Assembly: GCA_013265495.1 (NCBI GenBank)
Contig: MU058781.1
Coordinates: forward strand, 11,079,009 to 11,143,008
DNA: 64,000 nt
Origin: Vicugna vicugna
Lineage: Eukaryota
Reading direction: 5' to 3'
The notes under the pieces are model-generated. The model had not been told where the DNA came from, did no database searches, and saw only the letters and a list, made by a program, of their open reading frames with translations. Positions 1 through 13,494 of the stretch are shown here, in pieces (position 1 is the first letter of the stretch; every line of letters starts with the position of its first letter). Made by a program: the position numbers and the translations under genes.

Positions 1-613
1 AGCCATTTGTGATTAATAAAGCATGAAATGTAAGTTTTTCTGCAGCTTTTTAATAAAGTTTCTGTACAACTTGACCACTATTAGAGCAAGATACATGAGA
101 TCCGAAGGCAAAATTTCAAACTGCTAAGTAACACCGTGTAGTTTCCACAAGGGAACATGGTTAAGCATCAGAGAGGACAGTCCAAGACAAATTCCATCTG
201 TAGCAAGTGAGAGTGCCTGCCTAATTCTTTAACATGGAAGTGTAAAGACTACTGGGTTCTAAGAGATTGAAGATTTCTTGTCAAGACACTGAAAACCTCA
301 GCTTCTTTGTTACCATTTCTCATGTGCTTTCTGCTTAAATTGCATCATTTAAGAGAGCTGTGCTGTTATGTCTCATTTCATTGACTGAGCACCTGTTCTA
401 GTCATTGAGTGTTTGGGGTAACTTTGCATTAAGTAGAGAAGAGCAACTTTTAAGAAAAGCAGGTCTTTAAAAGTGTCTCTTCTCAAGATAAGAGCATTGT
501 TCAAATAGGCTGAGATTATTCAGTCTGGTTCTCACCCTTAATGTGCCTTTTGTTCCTAAGGCCAGATCTCTTTGGGCTGATGCCTGTGGGTGTTGTCATT
601 CCAGCTAGGAAGG

Positions 614-802
614 ATGAGTTCTTGCAGCAAAGACTGTGGGTCCAAGCAGGCACAGGCTGCTACCGAGGGTGGGTACCAGCGCTACGGAGTCCGGTCCTAC
701 CTGCACCAGTTTTATGAGGACTGTACCACCTCGATCTGGGAGTATGAGGATGATTTCCAGATCCAGAGATCACCTAACAGGTGGAGCTCAGTATTCTGGA
801 AG
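614..802 (+). CDS. NRSN1: Neurensin-1, first coding exon (aa 1-63)
   Basis: Translates MSSCSKDCGSKQAQAATEGGYQRYGVRSYLHQFYEDCTTSIWEYEDDFQIQRSPNRWSSVFWK, which contains the neurensin YGVRSYLHQFYEDC motif. Acceptor ccAG ends at 604 (9 nt of 5'UTR before the ATG). Donor AAG|GTAAGC at 802/803; 189 nt, phase 0. Confidence 0.97.
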
Positions 803-1329
803 GTAAGCAAAGAGTAAGTAAAGAGCATGTGTTTCACTCTGGAAATGGAGAGGTCATTGGATATGGTATTTAAGTATAGAGAACTCAGGACTCTGCGTGT
901 GCATCACTCTTAGTTTTAAACTTCAAACTTAGAAGTTTTCTTCTCCTAAGAAAGGAGACTATAAACCTTGGGCTGAAGGAAACCTCTAAACACAGCACAA
1001 TTGTTGATTTGCAGATTAAACATAAATAGGTATACTTGCCATCATCAATTATTATTTTTGCTGCTGTTACTCATGTGCCACTAAGTTTACCAACAATGAA
1101 GCCATTTGAAGGCAAAACATGCTTTCAACCTCCCTTACAGGTTTGGTAAGAATCATTTGACAAATTACAATAATTAATAAAAGAAATAGTTGGGTATCTA
1201 GAGAGAGTTAATGCTGAGACAGTATAGTGGTCAGCCTACCAGCTCTGCCTCTGCCGGATATGTGGTCATGAGGCTCTCTGAGCTTCAACTTCCTCAAATG
1301 AGGGAGCATCACTGGACAATGTGTTCAGT

Positions 1330-2470
1330 GATTCAGTATATAATTAGTGAGCAGCTATTCTGTGCCAAGAAGTTGCAAAGTGCTGGAGGTTAAAGTAGGA
1401 AACAAGAGAAGACAAAGTCCTTGCCCTCACGGAACTTACAGTCCATCATGTGAAACTGACTGTACACAAAGAAACCACACAATAGGATAGTAATGACAAG
1501 TGCTGTGAAGAGAAGCAAATCAGAATAAGAGTAGAGGGAGGGATGGAAAACTCGTATTTAGATATGCTGCTCGTAGAAAGCCTTTCAGAGGAGATGACCT
1601 TTGAGCAAATACCAGGATAGCTGAGGGAGGAGACCATAAAATTATCCGGCTGGAGGCCATTCTAGGCTGGGAAAACAGCAAGTCCAAAAGCTCTGCAGTG
1701 GGAACTAGTTTGGTGTGTTTGCAGAATAGCAAGCAGTCCAGTCTGGTTGGAGTGGAATGGGAGGAGGGAAAAGAACAGGTGATGGATTCACAAAAGTAAC
1801 AGGAACAGATGATTTGTGTGGAGCCTCGGAGATAATAGTGAGAGCTTGGGTTTTTACCCTGAGAGACGTGGGAAGCCACCTGAATGTTTTAAACAGGAGT
1901 GACGTGATCCGACTAATATTTTAACCAGATCATTCTAGAAAGACAAGGGTACAAGCGGCTAGATTATTTACGAGGCCGTTAAAGTGCCCAGACAAGAGAT
2001 GACTTAGATTAGGGTAGTATTAATGGAGATGGTGAGAAGCAGTCAGGTTTAGCATCAAGGTTGAAGGCCAAGCTCTCAGGACATGCTAGTGAATTCGATA
2101 GGGCAGAAATAGGAGTCAAGCACAATGACTCCAGGACTGGAAGCCTGAGCTATTTAGTGGATGATGTTATAATTTACAGGGATGGAGAACATCAGGAGAG
2201 CAGTAGGAAGGGTAGGGACTGAAGCGTTTGAGATTGGAGATGTCTATGAAACATGCAAGTGGTGATCTCTTGGAGCAATTTAAATATACCAATATTGAGC
2301 TCATGAACTGGGAGTCATTTACATATAGAGTATATATAAGGGACCAGACTAGATAAGGTCACCTAGGAAGAGAGTATAGACATAAAAGAGAAGAGGACAT
2401 TGGGATATTCCAGCGTTTAAAAGTCAAGGAAAGGGCAAGAATGCAGATAAGGACACTGAGAAGATACAGC
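1330..2470 (-). mobile_element. LINE-2 (L2) fragment
   Basis: Resembles the reverse complement of the L2 3' end (gacaaagtccttgccctca...gatcattct...ggagatggtgagaag). Boundaries approximate. Confidence 0.7.
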
Positions 2471-2619
2471 TCCAGATGATGCCTCTGGTTCCCTCCAGGT
2501 CTAATACTCTGTTTTGGAGGTTTCCAATCATTGCCAACTTTCTCCCAAAAGATTCCAGAAACTTTGACGTTGATATTGATGTAAACTTTTGCAATTTATT
2601 GCCAAAAGAGTTTAACAAG

Positions 2620-2835
2620 AGGCAATGTAGCATAATGAGTATGAGCACAAACTCTTTCCTCAGATTACATGGGTTCAAATCTCAGCTCTTCCATTTAATA
2701 GCTCTGTAACTTTGGAGAATTTAATGGGCCCCTCGAGTGATACTTACAGTACCTACCACATAAAGTTGTGAGGATTAAATAAGATGATATTTACGAAGAA
2801 TTTAGAACAATGTCTGGTAGGCACTCAATAAGCAT
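2620..2835 (+). mobile_element. MIR SINE
   Basis: MIR core motifs gggttcaaatctcagctct...ctgtaactttgg...gttgtgaggattaaataagat. Other MIR-like pieces lie near 8210-8400, 8780-9010, 11090-11210, 20800-21010, 24370-24600, 37290-37510 and 51190-51420. Confidence 0.7.
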
Positions 2836-5249
2836 AAAATGTATTAGAGATTACCAGATGTCATATGGAACACTGAGTTCTGAAACAGAAATAAAACTGG
2901 AAATGTAAATAATAAATAAAATATTGGATAATATAGTTGTTACCATGGACTACCCAAGACCTGTGTTGATTCAGAATCTTACTAGTGTCAGGTACTCTGT
3001 ATGAGAATTGGTCAAGCCAGCATTCTTACTCTGTACAAGTGTCCCTTCTGATGAATCCGTACTGGCCTGGACCAATGAAATGCGTAGCCAAGCTTGGCAC
3101 ATCTTGTATTTACCCAGATAAGTGGGTGGTTGCTTCTCTATGTGTCAAAAAAACAAATATTTGCCTGACAGATCTGTTGAGCCAAGAACCTAAAATGCCG
3201 CTGACATACAGAATATTGTAAATGCTCATGTTGTTCCAAAGCACTAGTGGTTACATGATTTGTGAGCTGTAAATCCATCAAATAACATACGGGTATGGAT
3301 TTAAAATAAAGAATTCTCAGTAAATTACCAACCCCAGAATTCAAACTTCACTATTTCCTCCTTTCTTTTTTACACAAACCAGATCCAAAAGTATTTGTTC
3401 CCCGATATGCTGGACCTACTTTAGAGAATAAAAACAAGCAAAAGTCCATGGCCTCCTAGAGATTATATTCCAGCAAGATCCAAATCCTAGACTCATAGCC
3501 TAGTCATAAAACACTTGACTGGGCATTCAGAAGCCTACCGTCAACCTGAAAAACCTGAGAATTCACTGTCTCAGAGACCTCACCTCTACCAAGGGAATAA
3601 GTCAGCCACTCTTGGGTTTCCTTCTAGGGAATGCAGGTGAATTCATGCCAATGAGTGTATGAAGTGCTTTGTAGCAATACAGAGAGAGTCACTGATTATG
3701 CACCTTTCTGTTATGATTCTTTTTGTTGTTGTTTGTGTTTTTCTTTCATTTCAAATGGCATCTTGTAAGTAGTTCAAGATGTGCGCTCCCCGTTTCCCGC
3801 CATCCTGTTGCCAAGGTCACATGGGTCTCTTACTGGGGGCTACGCCCAGAGCCTCAGCAGGACTCTGCTGTTAAGCCTGCTCTGTGGCAGTGGGCAGCAT
3901 GGAGGGGCTTAATGAGAACAGAGATTGGAATCCAGTGGGCCTGAGTTAGAATCTTTGCTCCAGCACATGGATCCACAGAGCATCAGTCACACAATGCAGT
4001 TCTTTCCGTCTACAGATGTTTGTATGTCTACTGTGCCCAAGGTTCTGTGATGCACTCTGGGATTCAGTTGTGAATACGATACTGTGCTTCATCTGTGCAT
4101 AAGACAGAGCCTTGACCTGAAGGAGTTCACAGTCAAACAGGGAAGGTAGATGTGTACATGGATTATTACAATACAATGTGATAAACACTCCTCTGAGAGT
4201 CGTCACAGGACTTACTGGGAGCACGGGGTTTGGGGGCAGGGAGGACCTGATTAGCCTGGAGAGGAAGTGACTCCACAGAAGAGCTCGCCTGTGAACAAGC
4301 AGGAACAGGGCATCCCAACAGAAAGAACAGCATCGCGAAAGCTGAGTCGTGAGAGAAGATGGCAGGCTCAGGAGACTGCAAGCAGTTTAGAGCTGGAGGA
4401 GAGAGGTCAAGAGGTGAACTTGGAAATGTATACACGAGCCGGCTCTCAGAAGACTTTGAAAGGCTATGGAATAGAAATTTCTTCAGACCCTTCCAGCTTG
4501 ATTGAGTACAGCAAGAGGGCAAAATATTAATAAATCTAGGCTTTCTTGGGAAGGTCGTCTCAGAGTCAGGAGTAAACAACCCTCCCCCCACCAGCACGCA
4601 CACGCTATTATACACATTCTCTAGGCTTCACAGGTTCTCGAGTAGTACACGGTTGCTTCTGCCACTGCTCATTTACCCAGTGCCTGCAGCTGCCACCATC
4701 TGCAGAAATCCATACGACGTGGTTTTACCTACCCTCTGCCACCCACTCACTGCCTCTGCCCAAGAATCCAACAGGCGGCGGTGGAATTTTTCTCTCTTGT
4801 CCTTGCACTTGACCTTGACTAAGATTGTTGCCACTTGATGGTGCAGCAAACAGCCGAAATATGGCAGGAATGAACCAATGGGAGCAGTCTTCTGACCCCA
4901 GCCATTCTTTCCTCACCCCAAGGTTAACCTCCTTTTACCTTGTCCTCAGCCCAGTTTAGAAATCTCCCAAAGGGTGTTCAGCAGCGATGTGCTGGTACAG
5001 GGCAAAACTGCTCCCTCCACAGCCTTACTAAAGGCAAAAGTGACTCTGGTCCCCTTCTTTTCTCTCAAGACCCTCCTCCTATCTGTCCCAATCTGTCCAG
5101 TTTCCCCCTAAGCTAAACGTACATCTTGGGTTTCTCTTCAGTTTTGTTAGATATTAAGGGGTTGGTTTTATTCTAGAAGTGAGAGGAGCTAAGGACACCC
5201 CTTAAGAAACCATAGGATGTTATTATTTTTAAAAAATATTTTCTCAGAT

Positions 5250-6060
5250 GGCACTTGAAGGACGGACAGAGAAGGATGAGATTAGCCATGGAGACCATCA
5301 GAATACTATGGCAGTGCTCTGGGCAAGATTTAATAATGCTCTGGACCATTAGAGGAGCTGTGATGAGGGAGAGGAAAGACAAGATTTGAGAGAATTTTGT
5401 GAGGTAGAATCAATAAGATTTAATTATCCATCAACTATGAAAGTGAGGAAGGACTCCGAGAGTGAGTGGATGGCAGGAACACAGAGAAATTGGGAAGGGA
5501 GGAAGGAATGCTATTTTGAATATTTGGGGTTTGAGGATCCTTTGGGATATTTTTTGTGTCGATCCTCCCATTGGCTGTCAGAAATAGGGAACAAGAGCCC
5601 AGGAGAGAAGTCTAGGCTGCAGCTGGATATTTGGGAGTCATTGGATAGGTGGGAGTTGAAACTGTGACCACACATTGAACCCTACAAAGAGCATACTGAG
5701 CAAGAGATGTGAGTCAAGGCTGGAACCCTGGGGAACTCCAATCGCTTAAGAGTGTCTGGCAAAGCAGGTTAAGAGTTGAGTTGTTAATGACATAGACGTG
5801 GATGTAGATGCAGGAAAGAGTTGCGTCAGGGATAACAGTAAGTGAGGGCTGAAGAAAGCATAAGTGCTTAAAATCAGTGACTGCAGAATCTTCAAATGAG
5901 GTAGGAAAAGAAAAATTGGATTTGACACATAGGAGGTCATCACTGACCTCAGAAAAAAGAGTTTCAGGAGGACTACACTTGGCTACTAAGGGTGGAGATG
6001 AGTGTAAGCAGTAGCTAGAGAGGGTCAGAGGGCTCTCGGATAGCTTTTGAAGACGAGAGC
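5250..6060 (-). mobile_element. Degenerate L2 fragment
   Basis: L2-like motifs ggatatttgggagtcattgg and ggaggtcatcactgacctc. Boundaries approximate. Confidence 0.55.
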
Positions 6061-9000
6061 GTTGGAGTGCACTCACAGGCTGGAGGGACAGAGTCTCTGT
6101 AGGCAGAGGAGCTTGTGCGGGACCCCGCTACCCAGGTGAAGGGGTGCTGTGTAGACTGTACAAGGTGAGGCATGTGGGAGGACCCAGATCCCAGCCCAGT
6201 ATCAGCCATGGCTGTGTAAAGCTCAGTGTCCCCACAAGCAGGTCGGGCAAGAGGGTCAGGACAGACGAGTTTGAATCTGTCATCACCCCAGCATGTGACA
6301 CCACTAAGAGCTCAGGTCCTGCTAAGGAGAGGTCAGCAGCAGCCCTCAAGGCTGATGAAGAAGAAAAGCCAGTTTTCACTCTTGCTGCACTTCTTCTGAA
6401 TTTCACATGTAGCCCAGACAGCTTCTTTCACAGTTGGTTCCATCCAGCACCTTCCTCCCACACGCTGTTCTTCCCTGCCATGCTTGTTCTTGCTTCCAGC
6501 AGTCATTACTGCCTCCTCCCTGCCAGAGCAGCTGTGTTGCAGCTGCTGCCAGCTCTGCTTATTGGAGGAAGCTGCGTTTTCAGATCGATCTCATCAGCTC
6601 ACAGAGATGCAACAAAGGGGATGTTGGTCAAAATAACAGCAGCTTCTGGCTTATAGCCCCTGGCAGCAGAACTTCTGGAATCCAGTTTCTCCTCCATGTC
6701 CAATCCTCCTTTCCAACAGCAGGGACTGGGTTTCTACCAGTCCTCCCCATAGTCAAGAGAGTCATCAGATGTCACAGCTCAAAAACTGCCATTGCTGCTG
6801 CCTTTCAGGTTTGTTTGTCATAACCTGGAGAGGTCCTTCTCTCTCACTGTTGGTGTTGACCCAACCATCCCATGGCACCAGGCTGCTCTGGTATGCCTGG
6901 GGGAGGCCCCTGGTGCCCCAGCATCACAACTGTTTTGCATGGCCCCAGCAGAGCTGGTTTGCTCCCTTAGACTCTTAAAAACCTCGGGGTTGCATTTCTT
7001 AAACTCTCTCCATTTAAGAGACCCCTTTTCTCTTAGACCTAGGACCACTTCAACTTGGAGCTGTGTCCAGAGACAATTTTTATGATACCATATGGCATCA
7101 CTCCCAAAATTGTTATTCCAGTCAGTTCTCCAAGATGGTACCAGGATTAAGCTGATGTATCCCAACATCCCTCCTCACCACTATTACACTCTCAGGGAAG
7201 TATTCCCAGCATTGCTTCCTCATGCCTACCATCCCAAGCTCTCCCTGACATGTTTGAACAGGGTTAGAGCCCCTCTCTGGGCACCCCTCTTGGAGATCCT
7301 CATTCAGCTTGGATTGATGGCACCTTCAGAGTCCTGGGAAGTAGCTCTTCCTTATATCATGCTCCCCCCAACGGATGGCAGGCCTCCCTCTCTGATACTC
7401 TGATATAACAAGGATAAGGGAGAAGGCTCAGGGAGGCCAGCCACTCTCCAGTTCTTAAAATGAACAGGAGTTCTGCCATTTACAAGGCATGGTTTGCCTT
7501 TTAGCTTCTGAGTGATATTCCAAGAGTGGATTGTAATCTATAAAGCACTGCTTTGTGGAGGAGCAGACTGCTCTGAGAATCAATCACCTGGCTCCATATT
7601 CAGCAGTCTGGTGGTTTAAGTTAGTCAGTCTGGGGTATTTATTGGGTGCAAGGCTAGACTGAGAGCTGTGGAGAGACAAGACAGAAATAGAAGATGGAGC
7701 GCCCTGGCCCCCGTTGCTCTTAAGAAACCTTAGAAAACTAAGATGGATATATTTTTGCTGCCCTCGGTTTTTGAGAATTAGTGCCAGTTCTTGAGGAGAG
7801 AGGTAATTTAGTGACATATGAAGCATGTCACCATGGATATTTAAGTTAATTTAGCTTGTGCATTCAGAATTTTCCAACATGAGTCATTTTTTAAACATTA
7901 TAAATAATGGTTAGTCTTTGATGGTGAATTTATTTGCCACCATTCTTAGAAAAATGTAGAAAGTGTGATATTTCACAACCCAATTTTTTCTGCAGTACTT
8001 TTTTTTTCAGAAGATGTTATATTGATTCTTTTGTTTGTTTTTCAGTTTCTTTACAATATCACATAATGGAAATTTGTTCATACATGGTGACTAAAACTAT
8101 TGGAATTTTTTAAAAATAATGGAAGGGGCTTCTATCTGTACATTTAGTATTTACAAAATAGTAATTGGTGAAGTATCGAGGGAGAATAAAAGTAGGGGGT
8201 GGGGCTTAGCAGTCATGCAGTCCTGAGTCAGAGCCCAGTCACACCACCTTCTTAACTAGGGGACCTTGAACTGTGCTTCTTCAGCCCTATAAACCTCAGT
8301 TTCTTATAGGTGAAGTGGGGTAAAAATATCTACCTCCCATAAGATGCTGGTGAGGATTTAGCATTTGCCTCAGTCATAAAAGATCCTCAGTAACACTAGC
8401 TCCCTTTCTCCCCTTTGATTGAGTGATGGATTTGCAAATATTTTCCTTCTATTATCCAAACCTCCTAATAAAGAAGTATCTAATAAAGTGTATTACCCTG
8501 AAATGTAATAAGTAAATAAGTTAGATAAATATACTTTAGGTGTTCAAGATTAAATGGTGTTACGCGTTTGATTATTTTGCCGACCTTGTTACTCTAACTG
8601 AAAGCAATTAGGAACAGGAGGAAATGAAAAATGTGTTTAAAAAATAAGCCACATTAGCTGTTCTTTATTCCAAGAGCTGAGTGATTATTGCAGCGCTCTT
8701 GCCAGAGTAGCATAATTCTACAAGAGGCGCATTTCCAAATAATAATAATAATAACAACAACAACAACTACTACTACTTATTATACTGTATTACTTAGCCA
8801 GGCACAGGGCTGAGTGCTTTCATGCATGGTTTCATTTAGTCCCACCCCCACAACTTTATGAGGTGGGTACTCTTGCCATTTATCATTTTATAGATGGAGA
8901 AATTAATAGAATGCTTAGGTAACTTTCCTTCTATGAGTCAAGTTCTAGTTGGCAGTGCTGGAATCCAAGCCTGAGTCTGTTCATTCCAAACCTCTGAGTT

Positions 9001-10017
9001 TAAACCACCAAATGGTATATGACTTTCCATCTTCAGTGTGTTACGTTTTATGAGAACTTGAGCTAATGCAGTTTCATCTCCTGCTGCTGCTCTTAACATT
9101 TCTCAACATCTGCACAAGTAAAGCCCAAATAGCTAAATGTTGTTAGAGAAGAAAAAACACTGGCCTTGGGATTAGATCTGTGGCTTCTAGCCCATCCTCG
9201 GCTCCTTGCTAGCTGTCCGTCCTTGGGCCGGTGATCTTCCCTCCACAAAGCTACATTCTTCGCCTATAAAATGGTAATTATGTTCCTTCTCCACTTACTT
9301 GGGGAAGGGATGAGTAGTTACACAGACTGTCAATGTCCTCCAGCCAGAATCATCATGAACCTACGTCTGTGTTGAACAAGTTGAGTGTATTATTCATCAC
9401 GGTGGGAGAATGACTCCATAGGGGCTCCTGGGCATTTCGATAAGAGAGTGTGAGAAAGGATGTATTATTACAAGACAAGGGCTTGTATTACAAGGGCTTT
9501 GGTTGGGTGATGTGTGGTGGCAGTAGTGAGGAGGGGGCCTACAGGAGCCAGAGTTGACTCTGGATGATCAGGGACAATTCTGTGACTGGAGATCTCAATG
9601 AATCTTATATGATACGGAGGGCAAGCTGGAGTGAGACTGAAGCTGCAAGCAGTAAAGAAGTCATTTCTATTGGGCAGGGGAGGTGCTTGGTATTTTGTGG
9701 CTTGCACAATGACCTTGTTTTGTCTGCACTTAGACAAAGTTATAAAGTGGTCTTGTATTATCTCACTTCATCACAGGCATTAGACAAACAGAAAACTCAA
9801 AGGAAAAGTCAAAGCAAGTGCTACAGTTCCTGGTTGACACTAAAATCAGGAAGGTCCTCTTTTCAACTTCTTTTGTAACTAGAAAATTATGTCGGCTTCT
9901 CATACAAATCAGAGGTGACTGGGAAGAGTCTCTTCTCTCAAAAAATGAGACCATTCCTACCCTGGAGGCGTGGAGCAGCAGGCTTACCCTGTTTTGTTTC
10001 ATTGTGTCTTTCTCTAG

Positions 10018-10416
10018 GTCGGACTCATCTCCGGCACAGTCTTCGTGGTTCTCGGATTGGCTGTTCTGGCCGTGGGCTTTCTGGTGCCCCCCAAAATCGA
10101 AGCCTTTGGTGAAGCCAATTTCGTGGTGGTCGACACACATGCTGTCCAATTTAACGGCGCCCTTGACATGTGCAAGCTAGCGGGAGCTGTCCTCTTCTGC
10201 ATTGGGGGCACATCCATGGCAGGGTGCCTACTGATGTCAGTGTTTGCCAAGAGCTACTCCAAAGAAGAGAAATTCCTTCAGCAGAAGTTTAAAGAGCGAA
10301 TTGCAGACCTCAAGGTCCACCCCCAGCCCATCACAAGAGTTCCGGGCCCAGGGGAAACCAAGATCCCAGTCACTTTGTCCCGCGTTCAAAACATCCAGCC
10401 TGTATCGGCAACCTGA
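10018..10416 (+). CDS. NRSN1: Neurensin-1, last coding exon (aa 64-195; hydrophobic transmembrane segments)
   Basis: Pyrimidine tract plus tctctAG acceptor (10016-10017). Reads VGLISGTVFVVLGLAVLAVGFLVPPKIEAFGE...IPVTLSRVQNIQPVSAT-TGA, in frame with the previous exon. Total 195 aa, matching the recalled length of human NRSN1. Confidence 0.97.
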   Translation, partial: VGLISGTVFVVLGLAVLAVGFLVPPKIEAFGEANFVVVDTHAVQFNGALDMCKLAGAVLFCIGGTSMAGCLLMSVFAKSYSKEEKFLQQKFKERIADLKVHPQPITRVPGPGETKIPVTLSRVQNIQPVSAT

Positions 10417-11659
10417 AATGTTTTCCACCCCAATCCTCCCCATCTCTCATGTACTCCCAATAATGTTACAAGGGAGCAGGCCAGTTTTGGAGATGACAAG
10501 GATTTGGCATGGACGTGCCCCAGGGCTGTGCTGGGCTGTGGGCAGCAGTATGTGAGTTCATACTCATTTCCTTCAGTGGCCCCGGGGACGATGGATGCCA
10601 CGTGTCAGCCTGTGCACATGCACCCACCTGCTTAAAGGGGTGCTTCTTTGTGCACACCAGGAGCTCTCTGGAACTCCCCTCCCATCTGTTGTGACTTTGT
10701 ATCATTTTTCCGTGTTCTTAGAAAGCACCAAACAGTTTAGACCAGCCGACCACCGGCTAACGTGGTCCATTTTACTTTCTAATATTGGTTTTTCTAATCT
10801 TTCCTGTGTGGTGCTGCCTTCGAGTCCTTATCTCATTCACTACATGTAAGATAGTGTCATGTGTGTTCACAGCAAAATCAAGTTCTCTAATTTTGACCCA
10901 GGCGTTGGTCTTTTAACTATGACTTGAGGTTCTTGAGATCAGACACAAATGTATCAAGAGTTCTCCACAAATCTTTTTTGGTTTTATTTTCTCCAGTTTT
11001 TCTTTTTTTTTTTTTTCACTTAAAAAGTGAAAATTGCCAACTTTAGAGTCTTGGGAAAGAAATCAATATTAGGAGAATCTATTTATGCAGTGTCCAAAAG
11101 CCCTGGATGAGAAGTCAAGAAATTTGAGTTTCTGCTACTAACTAGCTGTGTGACCTTGGGGAAAGCACTTCACCTCTCAGGCCTCAGTTCCGCCATCTGT
11201 AGAACGGGGTCCTGGTCTGTGATTCTGAGATTCTTTTTTTGCCGAGTGTCACCATGTCTCCACAGCCAAGGGCATGTACAGTGTTCCTGTGGCTCTCATC
11301 ACGGTGGGAATCTTCCAGACCTGGGTCCCGGCATGTCACCAAGTCAGCAGCCTCCATGCCACCTACTTCTCAGTATCCAGCCCCAGCAGTTTAGACAAGC
11401 TGTCATATTTTTATAAAGACAAAAGTAAGCCATCCTCAAATAAGAAACCCCAGGGTAGATATTAACTTAAAAAGGGTTTTCTCTCTCAAAGAAGACATAT
11501 TATTCTCCAGTAAAATGTTCATCTCATCCCTTGGCACTTTTATGTAATCTGTGGATTTGAAGCAGACTGAGGAAAATGGTACACGTGACCTTAGTATCCT
11601 CTCAAAATTTGTGCCACCTTCAAGTCCTATCTTTTTTTTCCCCCTTCCTTCACTGGATA

Positions 11660-11665
11660 AATAAA
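11660..11665 (+). terminator. NRSN1: Candidate NRSN1 polyadenylation signal (AATAAA), about 1.25 kb after the stop
   Basis: Canonical AATAAA downstream of a T/C-rich tract in the presumed 3'UTR; usage is not demonstrated. Confidence 0.55.
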
Positions 11666-13494
11666 ATATGTGAACGAGCAGGACCTGAATTGCACTGTCA
11701 TCCTTTCAGTGCGGCTGTTTCCTCTCAGACATGTAATTCTCCATGCTGAGCCTGAGCGAGCTCTGCTGGTCCCCTGGTGAAAAACGGAAGTGTAAATGAA
11801 GCAGTTAGTGCTGTCTGCACACCGGGTTTGTTTTGCACCGTCCAGCATAAAACGCGGGGCAAGTCGGCATCCTTAACAAGGATCGTTGGCCAGGTTTGGA
11901 AGAGATTGTTCTTGCTTCCTCAAGTTCTTGCCTTCCAGTGGAAATGCTGTTTTCCTTTGTCCTTTGAAGCCTTATTCAAGCCCCCAAGCACCTGTTCATG
12001 GCGACATCATGAGGCTTTCCATGTTGGCGTCTGTGTTGTGTAGCAGGGAATCTTTGAGGATGAGATGACTTTTCAAAGCCTCCAGAATGAAAAATAATGG
12101 CAGTAGGGCTTGGGAATTTTTAGGTGCAGGCGTGAGAGCAGCCATTCAAAACAAAACACAACACAGCACAGGTCTGTTCCTCAGGAAAAGGGCCTCAAAA
12201 GAACCAAGGTGGATGAAGTAGGAGTGGGTCTGAAAGAGCGATTCTGCGTGCCCTGTCTCTCCCGTCCTGCCTGAGCTTTGTGGAAAGATGTACTTGTGAG
12301 GATCCTCCCATCCTGTGGAGCAGGGCTTGAGGGATACTGAGGAAAGCAGAGGAAAGAGGCTGCATGGTGTTAGGAAATACAGCTCCACCTCTGGAAAGAG
12401 TACAAGCCATGTGTAATCAGAGGGTGGTGAGCAGCAGACTAAAAACTTCACAAAGCCACTTTCAGGCCTATTTGGGCAGACATCAGGGTTCTGGCAAACC
12501 AGAAGGGTCCCGGAGCCTTGGTCTCAGCCTGTTTGCTGGCACTGAACCAATCCATCCCTTCTGGTACTGAAACTTCTAAGACAAAGTAAAACCATGTACC
12601 TCTAGCTAGGGAGAGAGGTGGGACAGAAGGTGCTAGGACTTAAACTGAAGACACTTAGAACTGAATTCTGGCCAAGAGATCATGTAAGCAGTGGCACATG
12701 GAGTCAGCAGAAACCCTAAGTGATACAGGACCAGCCCAGGCAGAAGCCCCCCACCCCCACACCACGTCAGCACTGGTCTAGCAACCTCCCACTGCTTAAG
12801 TATGTCCAGTGACGGATTCCCTCCTTCCTCACAGGCAAGCCACTCCATCTTACGATGGCTCTAGATGGTGAGGAAGCTTCTTCTCTTGTCTTTCCAAAAA
12901 TCTGCCTTTCTAACCTTTCACACATTGGGCCAAATTCTCTAACAAAATTACCTACAAGTCTAACCCTTCTCACAAAGGACCACCTAATCCCCACCCCCAC
13001 CCCCATCATCACCCCAGGCTATGAATTTTTTTCATTCAATTGTTTCATGTCCTGTCACCTTGATTGTCCTCCTCAGGGAGAGACTTCTAAAACTCTTAAA
13101 TGTTCCCGAGTTATCCATGCCACCTATTAAATAGAGTCCCATTTTGTGCAGGTTATAGATTCCCTAGCTTCATTCATTGTCTTTCTCACTAAGCACATGG
13201 TAGTTCTAGCCGGGGACCTGAAGACAAGAGATTGTGTCAACAGTAGTTCCATGTGCTTCCAAGGCATCCTCTGAGCTGGATCAGCTCCTTTCCAGTCTCA
13301 TTTTTTTTTTTAACGTATTTAATATATTTATTTTCATAAAGGGGAGAATGGGTAAGGGAACAGAGGAAAAACCAGGGAAACACTTTTATTATTTTGCACT
13401 GTAACCAGTGCATATACACTACTGCCTCAAATTATCTGGGGTAGAATTTGGACATATAAGTGTTCTATATATTTGGCCTGATAAAGTTTTATTC

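Noticed and set aside
590..817. 75-aa ORF as a standalone gene
   Set aside because: It is the NRSN1 exon extended into introns: the non-ATG start lies upstream of the acceptor and VSKE is read-through past the donor.
6128..7403. Cluster of overlapping 65-170 aa ORFs in the NRSN1 intron
   Set aside because: No recognisable domain, several non-ATG starts, and overlap on both strands, as expected for chance ORFs in GC-richer or repeat-derived DNA.
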